Source: an uncultured Fibrobacterales bacterium (lineage in GTDB: Bacteria; Fibrobacterota; Fibrobacteria; Fibrobacterales; CAWVXU01). Taken from it: a stretch of DNA of 64,000 bases. The translations under genes and the position numbers were made by a program. The notes below the pieces were generated by a model. That model did no database searches, was not told the DNA's origin, and saw only the letters and a list, made by a program, of their open reading frames with translations. Positions 21,363-31,185 of the stretch are shown one piece after another (within the stretch, counting starts at the first letter, position 1; each line of letters begins with the position of its first letter). The DNA is taken from contig CAWVXU010000001.1 in the NCBI GenBank assembly GCA_963934255.1, forward strand, positions 1 to 64,000, in the 5' to 3' direction.

Positions 21363-22379
21363 ATGACGAAGCTTCGTTACTTATTAATAAACGTCAAATC
21401 TTTGAGAATTTTGTTTGTCGTCATAATATTTATTGCCACAGTGATGTGTGTCATCATTTGGAAAAATGGATGGCATCAAAAATTCATATCAGCAAGTGAC
21501 TTCCCTTTTGAAGTGCTAGGCGACTACCAAACACCCATTACTCGAGTTGAGATTCTAAATTGGGATTTTCAAGGTGATGATGCGCTGCAAAATAATTGGA
21601 ATGATTCAACATGGGTACTTCTTGTGTTGGGACAATCTCAAGCGGCTAATCACGCTCAAAAAATGCACCAAGAAATCCATCCTCAAATTTGGAATTTTTA
21701 TCTAGCGGACACTTTTAGAATAGATACTCTCAATCAAATTGAAACAGCGTATGTATCAAATCCTAAAATGGTTATGGCACAAGATCCTTTAAAGGGGGCT
21801 AGTGGAGATTTCGGTTCTGTTTGGATTCCTTTGGCTCATAGAGCTATTGATTCTTTAGAGATAATATCACGAGTCATCCTAGTGCCTCTAGCACAAGGTG
21901 GCACGGTAGCTAGGTCCTGGCTTCCGGGTGGAATTTTGTTTGAAAATACTCGAAGATCTATCGCTGAATTAAAAAGTAAAAACATTCAAATTGATCAAGT
22001 GATTTGGCATCAAGGTGAAAGTGATTTTGTTGAAAAAACAAATTTAGAAACTTACTATCAACAAGTCCGGTTAATTATGGTTGAGCTTAATATGCAGTTA
22101 CCTGAAGTGCCGATATATTTAGCAATATCAACTTATATAAATACTGAAGAAGCGTTAATGTCAAAAACTCCAGGTGTGAGTTTACCACTTCAGCAGACCC
22201 AACTAAGGTTAATAAATGATTTGCCTTTTTTACACAAAGGCGTGGTGAGTGACTCACTCGTTGATGTTAATTTAAATCAATTACCGGCGTTGAATATTTT
22301 ACGTTTTGACGGGATTCATTTTTCAGAAATTGGGCAAGATATTTTAGTAAATCGATGGTGGAGTACTCTTTGGAATTAA
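21363..22379 (+). CDS. Membrane-anchored SGNH / sialate O-acetylesterase (SASA)-like protein
   Basis: N-terminal TM helix; GQSQAAN, WHQGESD, DGIHFS motifs. Confidence 0.75.
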   Translation: MTKLRYLLINVKSLRILFVVIIFIATVMCVIIWKNGWHQKFISASDFPFEVLGDYQTPITRVEILNWDFQGDDALQNNWNDSTWVLLVLGQSQAANHAQKMHQEIHPQIWNFYLADTFRIDTLNQIETAYVSNPKMVMAQDPLKGASGDFGSVWIPLAHRAIDSLEIISRVILVPLAQGGTVARSWLPGGILFENTRRSIAELKSKNIQIDQVIWHQGESDFVEKTNLETYYQQVRLIMVELNMQLPEVPIYLAISTYINTEEALMSKTPGVSLPLQQTQLRLINDLPFLHKGVVSDSLVDVNLNQLPALNILRFDGIHFSEIGQDILVNRWWSTLWN

Positions 22380-22921
22380 AATACGCCCATAGGTAGACCA
22401 AATTGCAAACCTACAATTTGATGATTGGCTGAGAGTAGCCCTGTAAATTCCAATGATAAACCAACAAAATGTCCTCCACTAACTCCCACTCGAATAGGGA
22501 TGCCGAAGTCGGTAGTTTTGTTGCATTCATTGATTGAAGTTGGATTGGCCGGGTCACTTAATTTACAATCAGCTTCAGCACCAAGAGCTGCAATTCCTGT
22601 TTGAGCATAGACCTTGACATAAGGGTTGATGTAATGGGCTCGTCCATAAAGGAAGTTGAAAGTATGGTGGGGCCCTTCAACACAACCGACGGCTGAAGTA
22701 CTGCAAAACTGATAAAACAATATTTGTAGTGCGTAATGTTTATTAGTGTGTTGATAATTCAATGAAAGAGCACCATGATTAGTTTCTGTCAGAGTTTTAC
22801 CAGCACTTAAATCAGCCCAACCCGAGCTTCGTCTTGGTAGCTTCTGGCTAACACCAGCAAAACTTGAGACCACAAATACACTGAGTATGATGACTAAAAT
22901 AAGAGAGAGCTTTTTATTCAT
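22376..22921 (-). CDS. Hypothetical secreted small beta-barrel-like protein (start corrected to ATG near 22921)
   Basis: MNKKLSLILVIILSVFVVSSFA signal peptide overlapping the upstream stop; two Cys pairs; C-terminal F. Confidence 0.6.
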   Translation of the reverse strand: MNKKLSLILVIILSVFVVSSFAGVSQKLPRRSSGWADLSAGKTLTETNHGALSLNYQHTNKHYALQILFYQFCSTSAVGCVEGPHHTFNFLYGRAHYINPYVKVYAQTGIAALGAEADCKLSDPANPTSINECNKTTDFGIPIRVGVSGGHFVGLSLEFTGLLSANHQIVGLQFGLPMGVF

Positions 22922-25241
22922 TTTCATCTTTCTCTGTCGGTTCATTTTGAGCACGAGATGGTGTTTTAGCCAACTGCTCTTTGGCCTTGGCTTTGAGCTC
23001 AGCATGATGTTCAAACTTTTTAAGTAAAAATAGAACATCTTCGACTTCTTTGGCGTGAAGAATTTCATCACGAATTTTTTTGTCATTGAGTAAACGAGCG
23101 ATAGATGCTAGTAGCTTCAGATGTTTGTTTTGTTGTTCAGCTGGAGAAATAATCAAAAACACAAGTCTTACAGGTATGGCTGAATGAGAAGTGTCTATTA
23201 GAGGCTCGGCGAGCTTAGCTAATAAGCAGACTGAATCATCTAGTTGATTAGAATAGACATGATTGACTGATGCTCCAAAATTAAGAACCAAGGGGCGTTC
23301 TCTACCAATTTTGTTAAAATCTTCGAGTAGTTGAGATTTGAGTAAGTCAGGGTATTCCTTAGTAACATTGACCAGTAGCTTATCAAATAAGTCTTCCAAG
23401 CTATCAGCACCTTGTAGGAACATAATTCGACTAGCAGTGATTATCTTTGTGACCGGCTCTTTAGGGATTCTGAAGCTAAGTCTATGGACTGTTTGATCTG
23501 CAGCTCCGGGATCTGCATCTCTAAATTCGTAAATGTGAGTATTGAGTAATACTCGTCCTCCATTATATGTTGCAAGCTCCATACGATTAGGAGTGGTGTC
23601 ATCAGTTTCATCTAGTTGCCTGAGTGTTCCCATTTCGATTTGATGAGAGACAACTGAGGGCTTGGGAAGATCTGCAAAAATGACCTTACCTAAATGACGA
23701 TAATCGTTAATCCCTTTTTCTTCTTCTTTGTCAGCCCAACGAAGAGTGCGAACCCTTTCACCTAAATCTTGCCAATGCTTACACAGTGTTAGATTGAGGT
23801 CTTTATTGTCTGTGAGGGCAAGTACATTGCCCACTTCTAGGAAGTCTTCTCGTTCGAGAAGTTCTAATTCGAAAGCATTGGAGGTAATTGCCACAAGGCC
23901 TTCTTTACGGGCTGCTTGTACATTGTTGGAATTGGCATCAATCAAGTAGACTTTGCAACCACGCCTTTGAATAAAGTGAGCGATCACACGAGAAAATTTA
24001 TTGGCTGAAATAATAATCCAGTCTCTTCTTGGAGGGCGTTCGACTTTGAGAAGTTTGGCTACAAACCCTGCCGAGAAACCTTGAAATACAACTGTGACGC
24101 CAATGACACCAAACACAAAAGCCGGTAAAATATCAGCTCCAGGCATGTTGTTTTCTTCTAAAGTGATGCCTACAATTGAGGCCATAGATGCTGCGATAAT
24201 TCCACGCGGAGCAATCCAGGATAACATGAGTTTATCTCTAAACGGAATCTTTTCACCACGAGTTGAGAGAAACACACCAAGTGGTCTGATAATAAAAAGC
24301 ACGAGGAGTAGTATGATGACGCCTTTGACCCCAAGTGCCATGAATGGCTCAAGCTCAAGTTTGGCGGCAAGTAGAATGAACAAACAGGCAATACAGAGAT
24401 CGGTGAGTTCAATTTGAAACTGTTTAATTTTTTTGAGAAAAGGAGGCTGTTTAATACCTAAAATAAGACCAGAAATAGTCACAGCCATAAGGCCTGTCTC
24501 TGGTACAATTGACTCACAAAGTCCGAATAAACCGAGAACCGTCGAAAGCACAAATAGATTGATTGCTTCTTCTTGCATTCGAAGTTGACGCACCATATAG
24601 TTGATGAAAAATCCGCCGATGATACCGAGTATAATACCAAAGAAAATTCGAGCTAAAAAGTCAATAATTGGTGCCGCGCTAGCCGTTTCAACGGCATTAA
24701 CACTGACCCACTCAAGGCAAAGTAAAGCCACAAAGACACCAATTGGGTCTCCAAGAACACCTTCATAGTGAAGGATATGATGAAGTCGAGTGTTGACTGA
24801 AACTCTTTTAAGAAGTGGTGTAATTACGGTGGGCCCGGTGACAATGATAAGTGAGCCGCCGAGTAAAGAGAGGACGAGTCCCAGATCAAAGAGGAAGTAC
24901 ATGGCAGTTGCTGTTCCTAGCCAAGTCGTAAGGACTCCTATAGTAAGCATCTTACGTATGATACCGCCGGCTGACTTGTATCCCTTGGGGTCTAAACTTA
25001 AACCACCCTCAAAAAGGATAATAGCAACGGCAAATTTGATGAGAGTATTTAGCTCATCTTGAATATTGGCAGGATTAATCCATCCCAAAACTTCAGGACC
25101 TACGATAACACCACCAAAAAGTAGCGGTACGATTGCTGGGATTTTGAGTCGATTGGCAATAACAAATAGATACACGCCTATGACAATGGCGCTGATGATT
25201 GTTAAGAGTAGTGTATCAGTATGGTGTTCCATGTGACCCAT
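22914..25241 (-). CDS. CPA1-type cation:proton antiporter fused to TrkA-N (NAD-binding) and PTS EIIA-like domains
   Basis: AIILFEGGL, IVTGPTVI, WIAPRGIIAAS, IDANSNNV..ARKEG, C-terminal VRLVFLIISP...HLKLLASIARLL. Confidence 0.85.
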   Translation of the reverse strand: MGHMEHHTDTLLLTIISAIVIGVYLFVIANRLKIPAIVPLLFGGVIVGPEVLGWINPANIQDELNTLIKFAVAIILFEGGLSLDPKGYKSAGGIIRKMLTIGVLTTWLGTATAMYFLFDLGLVLSLLGGSLIIVTGPTVITPLLKRVSVNTRLHHILHYEGVLGDPIGVFVALLCLEWVSVNAVETASAAPIIDFLARIFFGIILGIIGGFFINYMVRQLRMQEEAINLFVLSTVLGLFGLCESIVPETGLMAVTISGLILGIKQPPFLKKIKQFQIELTDLCIACLFILLAAKLELEPFMALGVKGVIILLLVLFIIRPLGVFLSTRGEKIPFRDKLMLSWIAPRGIIAASMASIVGITLEENNMPGADILPAFVFGVIGVTVVFQGFSAGFVAKLLKVERPPRRDWIIISANKFSRVIAHFIQRRGCKVYLIDANSNNVQAARKEGLVAITSNAFELELLEREDFLEVGNVLALTDNKDLNLTLCKHWQDLGERVRTLRWADKEEEKGINDYRHLGKVIFADLPKPSVVSHQIEMGTLRQLDETDDTTPNRMELATYNGGRVLLNTHIYEFRDADPGAADQTVHRLSFRIPKEPVTKIITASRIMFLQGADSLEDLFDKLLVNVTKEYPDLLKSQLLEDFNKIGRERPLVLNFGASVNHVYSNQLDDSVCLLAKLAEPLIDTSHSAIPVRLVFLIISPAEQQNKHLKLLASIARLLNDKKIRDEILHAKEVEDVLFLLKKFEHHAELKAKAKEQLAKTPSRAQNEPTEKDENE

Positions 25242-25386
25242 TCAAAAAAATTACACCCATTATAATAGTATGCAATAGGGCAAATAACCAACATTAAACC
25301 TCAAATTTCTCAATAATTAACGGTTTTAGGGGCTTTATTTGAGACTTATTGTCTAAAATGCTCGTTTATCATTAGATGATATGCTT

Positions 25387-25424
25387 TTCACGTCCTTTTC
25401 ACAGAGTCTTCAAATGAGTTTCAC
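25387..25424 (+). promoter_or_regulatory. Cre-tag-like array: four TTCAC-type direct repeats at 11-bp period
   Basis: TTCAC 25387, TTCAC 25398, TTCAA 25409, TTCAC 25420, directly upstream of a creD fragment. Confidence 0.75.
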
Positions 25425-25467
25425 AATTGACTCCTAAGTTAATAGAAACACTTAACAAAGGACTCTC

Positions 25468-25722
25468 ATGAATTCGGCAAATCAACCAAACGATCTAAAT
25501 CAATCAAGTCAATCAAATCAACCTGATGGTTTATCTTTAAAAAATACCGCCACAGTTTCTTCAATTTTCACAAAAATGACGAAGTCTTGGAGTTTGAAGA
25601 TTGTCACCTTAATTATTCTTGCTTTACTTTTGGCTATCCCTACATTTTGGATTGATTCTATGGTGAGCGAACGTTCTAAATATTTTAATCAAGCTGTGGG
25701 AGCATTTCGGACTACGGTTTAA
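25468..25722 (+). pseudogene. creD: Truncated CreD (inner membrane protein) N-terminus
   Basis: SLKIVTLIILALLLAIPTFWIDSMVSERSKYFNQAV resembles the CreD N-terminus; AAGGA RBS; cre-tag upstream; stops after 84 aa. Confidence 0.7.
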
Positions 25723-26004
25723 AGGTCATTCAACTCTTCAACAAGAACAACTGACCCAGCTAGCTTTAGAGCGAGTCTTGAAACTTATCTAGATGTTGAG
25801 ACTTTTATCAAATGGCTTGCTGTGAATACTTCACTGACTAATTGAGACAATGATGAATCTATGAATTTAAATGGTCGTGGAGTGCCCGACATGGACCTAG
25901 GGGATATGGATGATAGTGGGCCGCTCGTTTCATATATCATGGATGATGCCGTATATGAAGCAAAATATTGGGTCGAAGTTCAAGAATTCTCAATCAACCA
26001 TTGA
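25697..26004 (+). pseudogene. Internally deleted CotH-family kinase remnant
   Basis: WEHFGLRFKGHSTL, then in another frame TRTTDPASFRASLETYLDVETFIKWLAVNTSLTN*DNDES...GPLVSYIMDDAVYEAKY; TGA at 25843 replaces the Trp of NWD. Confidence 0.7.
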
Positions 26005-26065
26005 TTGTAGCAGTCCTTAAGCCCGCCCCAATAAACAAAGATCTTTACCCTTCTTTGTTTGAAAG

Positions 26066-26091
26066 ACGGCTCAGTGCGAGCCGTGTTTTTT
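26066..26091 (+). terminator. Intrinsic terminator after the creD/cotH remnant
   Basis: ACGGCTC-AGTGC-GAGCCGT followed by GTTTTTT. Confidence 0.75.
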
Positions 26092-26183
26092 GGTTTTGGC
26101 CCACAAGATTGCTACCTTTGCGGAAAACATTCAATCTCTAATTTGAGATTTGATTTTAAGCACTTTTATCGAGGTATCATCAG

Positions 26184-28187
26184 ATGGCTGAAGTTTTAAT
26201 TAATGCAACTGGCATTCACAAAGCATGGGGGACAAAGGTTCTTTTTGATGATCTTGATTTTCGTATCCACAAGGGTCAAAAGCTCGCATTTTTAGGTCGT
26301 AATGGCTCTGGTAAATCAACACTCATACGCATACTCAGCGGTGAAGAGACATCCTTTGATGGTGAAGTCCAATACAAACGTGGCCTCAAGCCTAGAGTTC
26401 TCAGCCAAGATAACAACCTCAAAGTCGGCCAATTACCTATTGAAGTAGTACTTGGACCCTATGGCGAAGGTGCCAAAGCCCTTCTTAAGTATCACAAAAT
26501 CTTGGGTGATCTCCAAAGTCCTGAAGTTTCGGCTGACATGGATTTGATGGAGCAAGCACTAATCGACCTCGCTGATGCCGAATCAGAAGTAGATGATTCA
26601 GGTCTTCGTGGTCTTTACTCTGAGTTTTGTTCACTTTGTGGGCGCTTTCAAGTGGATCTTTACAAGCCGTGGGACGATACCTTCTCTGGTGGTGAAACGA
26701 AGCGCATTCAACTTGTTGCTGCCCTAGTAGGTGAGCCTGAGCTGCTTCTTTTGGATGAGCCAACGAACCATCTCGATGACGCATCAATTGGCTGGGTAGA
26801 AGATTGGCTGAGTTCTTATCATGGGACTCTGGTACTTGTGACTCATGATAGATACTTCCTTGAGCGTGTGGTCACTAGTATATCTGAACTGGTTCATGGA
26901 AACCTTGATCAGTACGAAGGTAACTTCTCGGTCTATCTGGAGAAAAAGCAACAACGTCTTGAACACGCTAGAATTGACGAACAAAAGCGTCAGAACTTTT
27001 TGAGAAAAGAAGTGGATTGGATCAGACGTCAGCCGAAAGCTCGTGGAACCAAATCCAAAGCTCGTATCCAACAATACGAGGAAATTAATTCACGTCGTCA
27101 CTTAACGACTGAAGCTCGCCTCAAACTTCAATTTGGTGATTCATTTAGACTCGGTAAGCGTGTACTTGAAATGCATGGACTAGGCTTTGCTTATCCCAAC
27201 TCTGAGTTCTTATTTAGAAATATTGACCGCAAACTTTTCCGTGGTGAGCGCATCGGCATCTTGGGTAAAAATGGAGCAGGTAAGTCTACACTCATTAAAG
27301 TTTTACTCGAGCAGCTTAAGCTCTCTGAAGGTGAAATGAAGTGGGGGGAGTCCGTCCAGACTTCTTACTTTAGCCAAAAACGTGAGGCACTTGATCCGAC
27401 TAAAACTGTTTGGGAATCTGTACAAGGCGAAGGTGATTATGTTGAACTCGGTGAGCATAAAATTCATAAGCGCGGGTTTTTAGATAAAATGCTTTTTGAC
27501 ACTTCTCTTCAAAACACCAAAGTTGAACGTCTATCTGGTGGAGAAAAAAATCGTCTGCAATTGGTACAAGTGATGCTTGAACCTTCAAACATGTTGATCC
27601 TGGATGAGCCAACGAATGATTTGGATATTGAGACTCTAGGCAGTTTAGAAGATTATGTCGTTGACTTTCCTGGTGTTGTTTTGGTGGTGTCGCATGATCG
27701 ATATTTCTTAGATAAGATTTGTACTTCACTTTGGGTGCTAGACGAAGGTGACCTGACTGAAATCCCTGGAAACTATAGTGATTTCCAAAACTGGAAATCA
27801 GGTAAAGAACTCGCTGCTCGACAACTAGAACTCGAAGCTAGAGATGCGAAAAATCAAGCCAAGAATCAAGGGACAAAATCTAATTCAAAAGATTCTAAAA
27901 AAAAGAATGAATCAAGTACATCAAAAAAAAATGATAATTCTTCGAACTCAAATTCAAAAGTAAAAATTTCCTGGCAAGAAAAAAAAGACCTTGAAGACAT
28001 GGAAGCCTTGGTGCTGGGTCTTGAATCTTCACTAGAAGAAATAGATGTTGAAATGGCGGAAGCTTCCAAAAATGGCCAAGTCAAACGCCTTCAAGAATTA
28101 GAAACATCTAGATCAGAAACTCAAGATAAGATATCAGCATCTTATGAGCGTTGGCAATTTTTAGAGCAAAAGGCAGCCGAAGCTTAA
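26184..28187 (+). CDS. ABC-F family ATPase (Uup-like)
   Basis: Two ABC domains (GRNGSGKST, GKNGAGKST, LDEPTN twice), WIRRQPKARGTKSKAR linker, C-terminal coiled coil ending YERWQFL. Confidence 0.92.
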   Translation: MAEVLINATGIHKAWGTKVLFDDLDFRIHKGQKLAFLGRNGSGKSTLIRILSGEETSFDGEVQYKRGLKPRVLSQDNNLKVGQLPIEVVLGPYGEGAKALLKYHKILGDLQSPEVSADMDLMEQALIDLADAESEVDDSGLRGLYSEFCSLCGRFQVDLYKPWDDTFSGGETKRIQLVAALVGEPELLLLDEPTNHLDDASIGWVEDWLSSYHGTLVLVTHDRYFLERVVTSISELVHGNLDQYEGNFSVYLEKKQQRLEHARIDEQKRQNFLRKEVDWIRRQPKARGTKSKARIQQYEEINSRRHLTTEARLKLQFGDSFRLGKRVLEMHGLGFAYPNSEFLFRNIDRKLFRGERIGILGKNGAGKSTLIKVLLEQLKLSEGEMKWGESVQTSYFSQKREALDPTKTVWESVQGEGDYVELGEHKIHKRGFLDKMLFDTSLQNTKVERLSGGEKNRLQLVQVMLEPSNMLILDEPTNDLDIETLGSLEDYVVDFPGVVLVVSHDRYFLDKICTSLWVLDEGDLTEIPGNYSDFQNWKSGKELAARQLELEARDAKNQAKNQGTKSNSKDSKKKNESSTSKKNDNSSNSNSKVKISWQEKKDLEDMEALVLGLESSLEEIDVEMAEASKNGQVKRLQELETSRSETQDKISASYERWQFLEQKAAEA

Positions 28188-28204
28188 AAGTTGAGACTTC
28201 GTTG

Positions 28205-29584
28205 TTAGTCGTCTTCTGAAGGTTTACGACGCAGTGGAATTTGTAGAGTAAATACACTGCCTTCTTGATAAACACTATGGACATCGATGCTGCCATTCAT
28301 AAGCTCAACGAGTTCTTTGACTATCGCCATTCCAAGTCCGCTACCGCCATACTTTTTTTCTATGCCAACTTCACCTTGAGTAAATGGGGTAAAAAGAGTA
28401 TCAATTGATTCCTTCCGCATTCCAATCCCTGTATCCCTGATAATAATTTCTAGTAATACATTTCTCTTACTTTCGGACTTGATACTGGCTGAGAATTCAA
28501 CAAAACCTTTGTCGGTAAATTTGATAGAATTCTCTAAAAGATTCGTAACAATTTGTCGTAATCTAGTTGGATCACCAAGCAGCCTTGAAGTAATGTTGTC
28601 TTTTTGAATGACTCTAAATTGAATTCCTTTTTGGTCACATCTCGAACGATATAGCCCAACAATATCCTTGAGGAGATTATTTAATCCAAATGGAATTTCT
28701 TCAATCTCGATCTTACCTTCTTCGATCCGAGTTAAGTCCATCAGGTCTCGAATAATATTTACAAGAGCGCCACTAGTTGTATTCATGATGGCCACAAATT
28801 TTGTTTGCTTTTCATCGAGAGAAGTTTTTTGTAAGAGGTGAATCATTCCTATGATTCCATTGAGTGGATTTTTAATTTCATGACCCACACTTGCGGTAAA
28901 GAGGGCACGAATTTTGTTTTCTTTTTTAGCACTATTGGTGGCGTTAATCAAATCAATATTGAGTTGATGTTTTTCAATAAGAATAGTCGATTTTTGATGG
29001 TTGATATCTTCCCATGATTTGACAAAAATTTTAGCTACAAGGGCTGATGATAAATAAATAAGTGTGTACTTGATGATGTTAAATTCAACTGGATAAACAG
29101 AGTTTTCAACAAGTGGGGCGGTTACTCCGCTTTTAGAGAATTCATAGAGCGCATAGTTACTTATGATGGCTGCAAGGGCTGCCCACCATGCGGCATTTCC
29201 ATTAATTAAAAAAGCCGATGCAATGGGTAATAGCGTAAACCAAGCTAGTGAAGGGTTGGGGTAGGGTTCGCCATGGAGTAGACTCGTAAATAGCATTACG
29301 AAAGTGTTGAGAATAACCATGGTGCCAGCGGTTTCAAGGTTTCCATTTCTCTTGATATAAAGTGGGATTAAGAGGACAGAAATAAAGCTGATGAGAACTG
29401 CTTGAAATAATGTGTTGAATTCAAAAAAAACAAAATAAAATGGTAAGAAAACACAACCATTAAAAATAATAATCAGGCAAGACCAAAGCAAGAAATTGCA
29501 TTTGCGATATTCTAGAGATGCTTTTTGGCCAATGAGTGACTTAGGGACAAAGCTTTTTACCAAATAGTGAAGGAGTTTGTTCAT
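28205..29584 (-). CDS. Membrane sensor histidine kinase without receiver domain
   Basis: About 5-6 TM helices, GHEIKNPLNGI, LLENSIKFT, DTGIGM, GGSGLGM. Confidence 0.9.
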   Translation of the reverse strand: MNKLLHYLVKSFVPKSLIGQKASLEYRKCNFLLWSCLIIIFNGCVFLPFYFVFFEFNTLFQAVLISFISVLLIPLYIKRNGNLETAGTMVILNTFVMLFTSLLHGEPYPNPSLAWFTLLPIASAFLINGNAAWWAALAAIISNYALYEFSKSGVTAPLVENSVYPVEFNIIKYTLIYLSSALVAKIFVKSWEDINHQKSTILIEKHQLNIDLINATNSAKKENKIRALFTASVGHEIKNPLNGIIGMIHLLQKTSLDEKQTKFVAIMNTTSGALVNIIRDLMDLTRIEEGKIEIEEIPFGLNNLLKDIVGLYRSRCDQKGIQFRVIQKDNITSRLLGDPTRLRQIVTNLLENSIKFTDKGFVEFSASIKSESKRNVLLEIIIRDTGIGMRKESIDTLFTPFTQGEVGIEKKYGGSGLGMAIVKELVELMNGSIDVHSVYQEGSVFTLQIPLRRKPSEDD

Positions 29585-29642
29585 TTTATGTTATAATATT
29601 TCCAAGCATAAGTAATGTTAAACATAATATAAGAAGAGGGTT

Positions 29643-31172
29643 GTGATGGGTTTTATTTTGGCATGTGATGCGGGTACGACGAGTTCAAGGACCTTAATAT
29701 TTGATGAAAATTTTGATGTTCTGACTAGCTCTCAAAAAGAGTTCAAACAACATACACCACAAGCTTCTTGGGTCGAGCATGATGCTGAAGAAATATGGAA
29801 GACTCAACTTTGGACTATTAAGCAGAGTCTTAAAAATTTAAAGGGACAGGGCAACAAGCAAATAATAGCGGTAGGCATCACTAATCAACGAGAAACAATA
29901 GTTGCCTGGGATAAAAATACTGGCAAATCATTGGCCCCGGCCTTGGTGTGGCAGGATCAACGAACTCAAAAAGAGTGTGAGAAATGGCGGGCTCAAGGTC
30001 ATCAAGAAGTTATCCGAAATCGGACCGGCTTGGTTCTTGATCCCTATTTCTCAGCTTCTAAGATAGCTTGGCTTTTAAAAAACAATTTTGAAGTGAAAAA
30101 TGCTTTAAAAGAAAAACGACTTTGCGTGGGAACTATTGATTCATGGCTTATCTTCAAGCTCACTCGCGGTGTGTCACATGTGACGGACGCTTCTAATGCA
30201 AGCCGAACCCAGCTTATGAATATCCACACCAATGCTTGGGATCAAGACCTCTGTCGATTTTTTAAAATTCCTATGAATATTTTACCACAAATTTTAAATT
30301 CAGCTGATGATTTCGGTAGGATTAAAATTGCACCGCTTAAGGGGGTCCCTATTACAGGCGTCTTAGGAGATCAACAAGCTTCACTATTTGGCCATAGAGC
30401 AATAGCTAAAGGTCAATCTAAAAACACCTATGGAACGGGTTGTTTCATGCTTAAAAATATCGGCCTAAAATCCTCGCAAATGGGTGGACCCCAAGCTCAA
30501 GTTGGTGTTTTGGAAACAATTGCTTGGCGTATTGGGGAGAAAACGACTTATGCTCATGAAGGGGCTGTGATGGTAGGGGGGGATGTTATGAAATTCCTAA
30601 GGGACAATCTTGGCTTAATCGAGGATGTTTCCAAAAGTAGTCAAGTGGCAAAGTCTTTAACCTCTAATGATGATGTGTACTTTGTACCAGCCTTTGCTGG
30701 ACTTGGAACTCCTTGGTGGGATTCGAGTGCTCGTGGGGCTATTGTGGGCTTAACGGCCCAAAGCTCAAAGTCTCATATCGTGCGAGCAGCACTCGAGTCA
30801 ATTGCTTTTCAAAGTTTAGATCTTGCTCGGGGAATGGAAATAAAAGGGGCTATTAAAGTTGATGGTGGTGCAACGACAAATAAATTTTTGATGCAATTTC
30901 AAGCAGATATTTTGGGCCAAGTAATAGATGTTGCTCATATGAGTGAGGTAACTGCACTAGGTGTCGCACAAATGGCAGCAATTGGGGCTGGGCTTATAAC
31001 AATAGTTGACATCAAAAATATGGATGAAAAAATATCGAAACTTGATACACAGAGAAAAGCTCTAAGGAAAACTCAAAGCTACGAACCACAAATGAAATTA
31101 GCAGAACGTAAATCACTAGTTGTCCGGTGGCGTGAAGCTGTAGAACGTAGTCGTCAATGGCACAAAAATTAA
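29643..31172 (+). CDS. glpK: Glycerol kinase
   Basis: DAGTTSSR, GITNQRET, VWQDQRT, TDASNASRT, GDQQASLFG, KNTYGTGCF. Confidence 0.93.
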   Translation: MMGFILACDAGTTSSRTLIFDENFDVLTSSQKEFKQHTPQASWVEHDAEEIWKTQLWTIKQSLKNLKGQGNKQIIAVGITNQRETIVAWDKNTGKSLAPALVWQDQRTQKECEKWRAQGHQEVIRNRTGLVLDPYFSASKIAWLLKNNFEVKNALKEKRLCVGTIDSWLIFKLTRGVSHVTDASNASRTQLMNIHTNAWDQDLCRFFKIPMNILPQILNSADDFGRIKIAPLKGVPITGVLGDQQASLFGHRAIAKGQSKNTYGTGCFMLKNIGLKSSQMGGPQAQVGVLETIAWRIGEKTTYAHEGAVMVGGDVMKFLRDNLGLIEDVSKSSQVAKSLTSNDDVYFVPAFAGLGTPWWDSSARGAIVGLTAQSSKSHIVRAALESIAFQSLDLARGMEIKGAIKVDGGATTNKFLMQFQADILGQVIDVAHMSEVTALGVAQMAAIGAGLITIVDIKNMDEKISKLDTQRKALRKTQSYEPQMKLAERKSLVVRWREAVERSRQWHKN

Positions 31173-31185
31173 GTAGATTGTAAGC

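Noticed and set aside
22922..23086. 5' extension of the 22376..23086 ORF
   Set aside because: It overlaps the antiporter C-terminus out of frame; the signal peptide begins at MNKK near 22921.
27860..27960. Low-complexity A-rich stretch in the ABC-F gene as a repeat or frameshift site
   Set aside because: The frame stays open and encodes a Lys/Ser/Asn linker before the normal C-terminal coiled coil.
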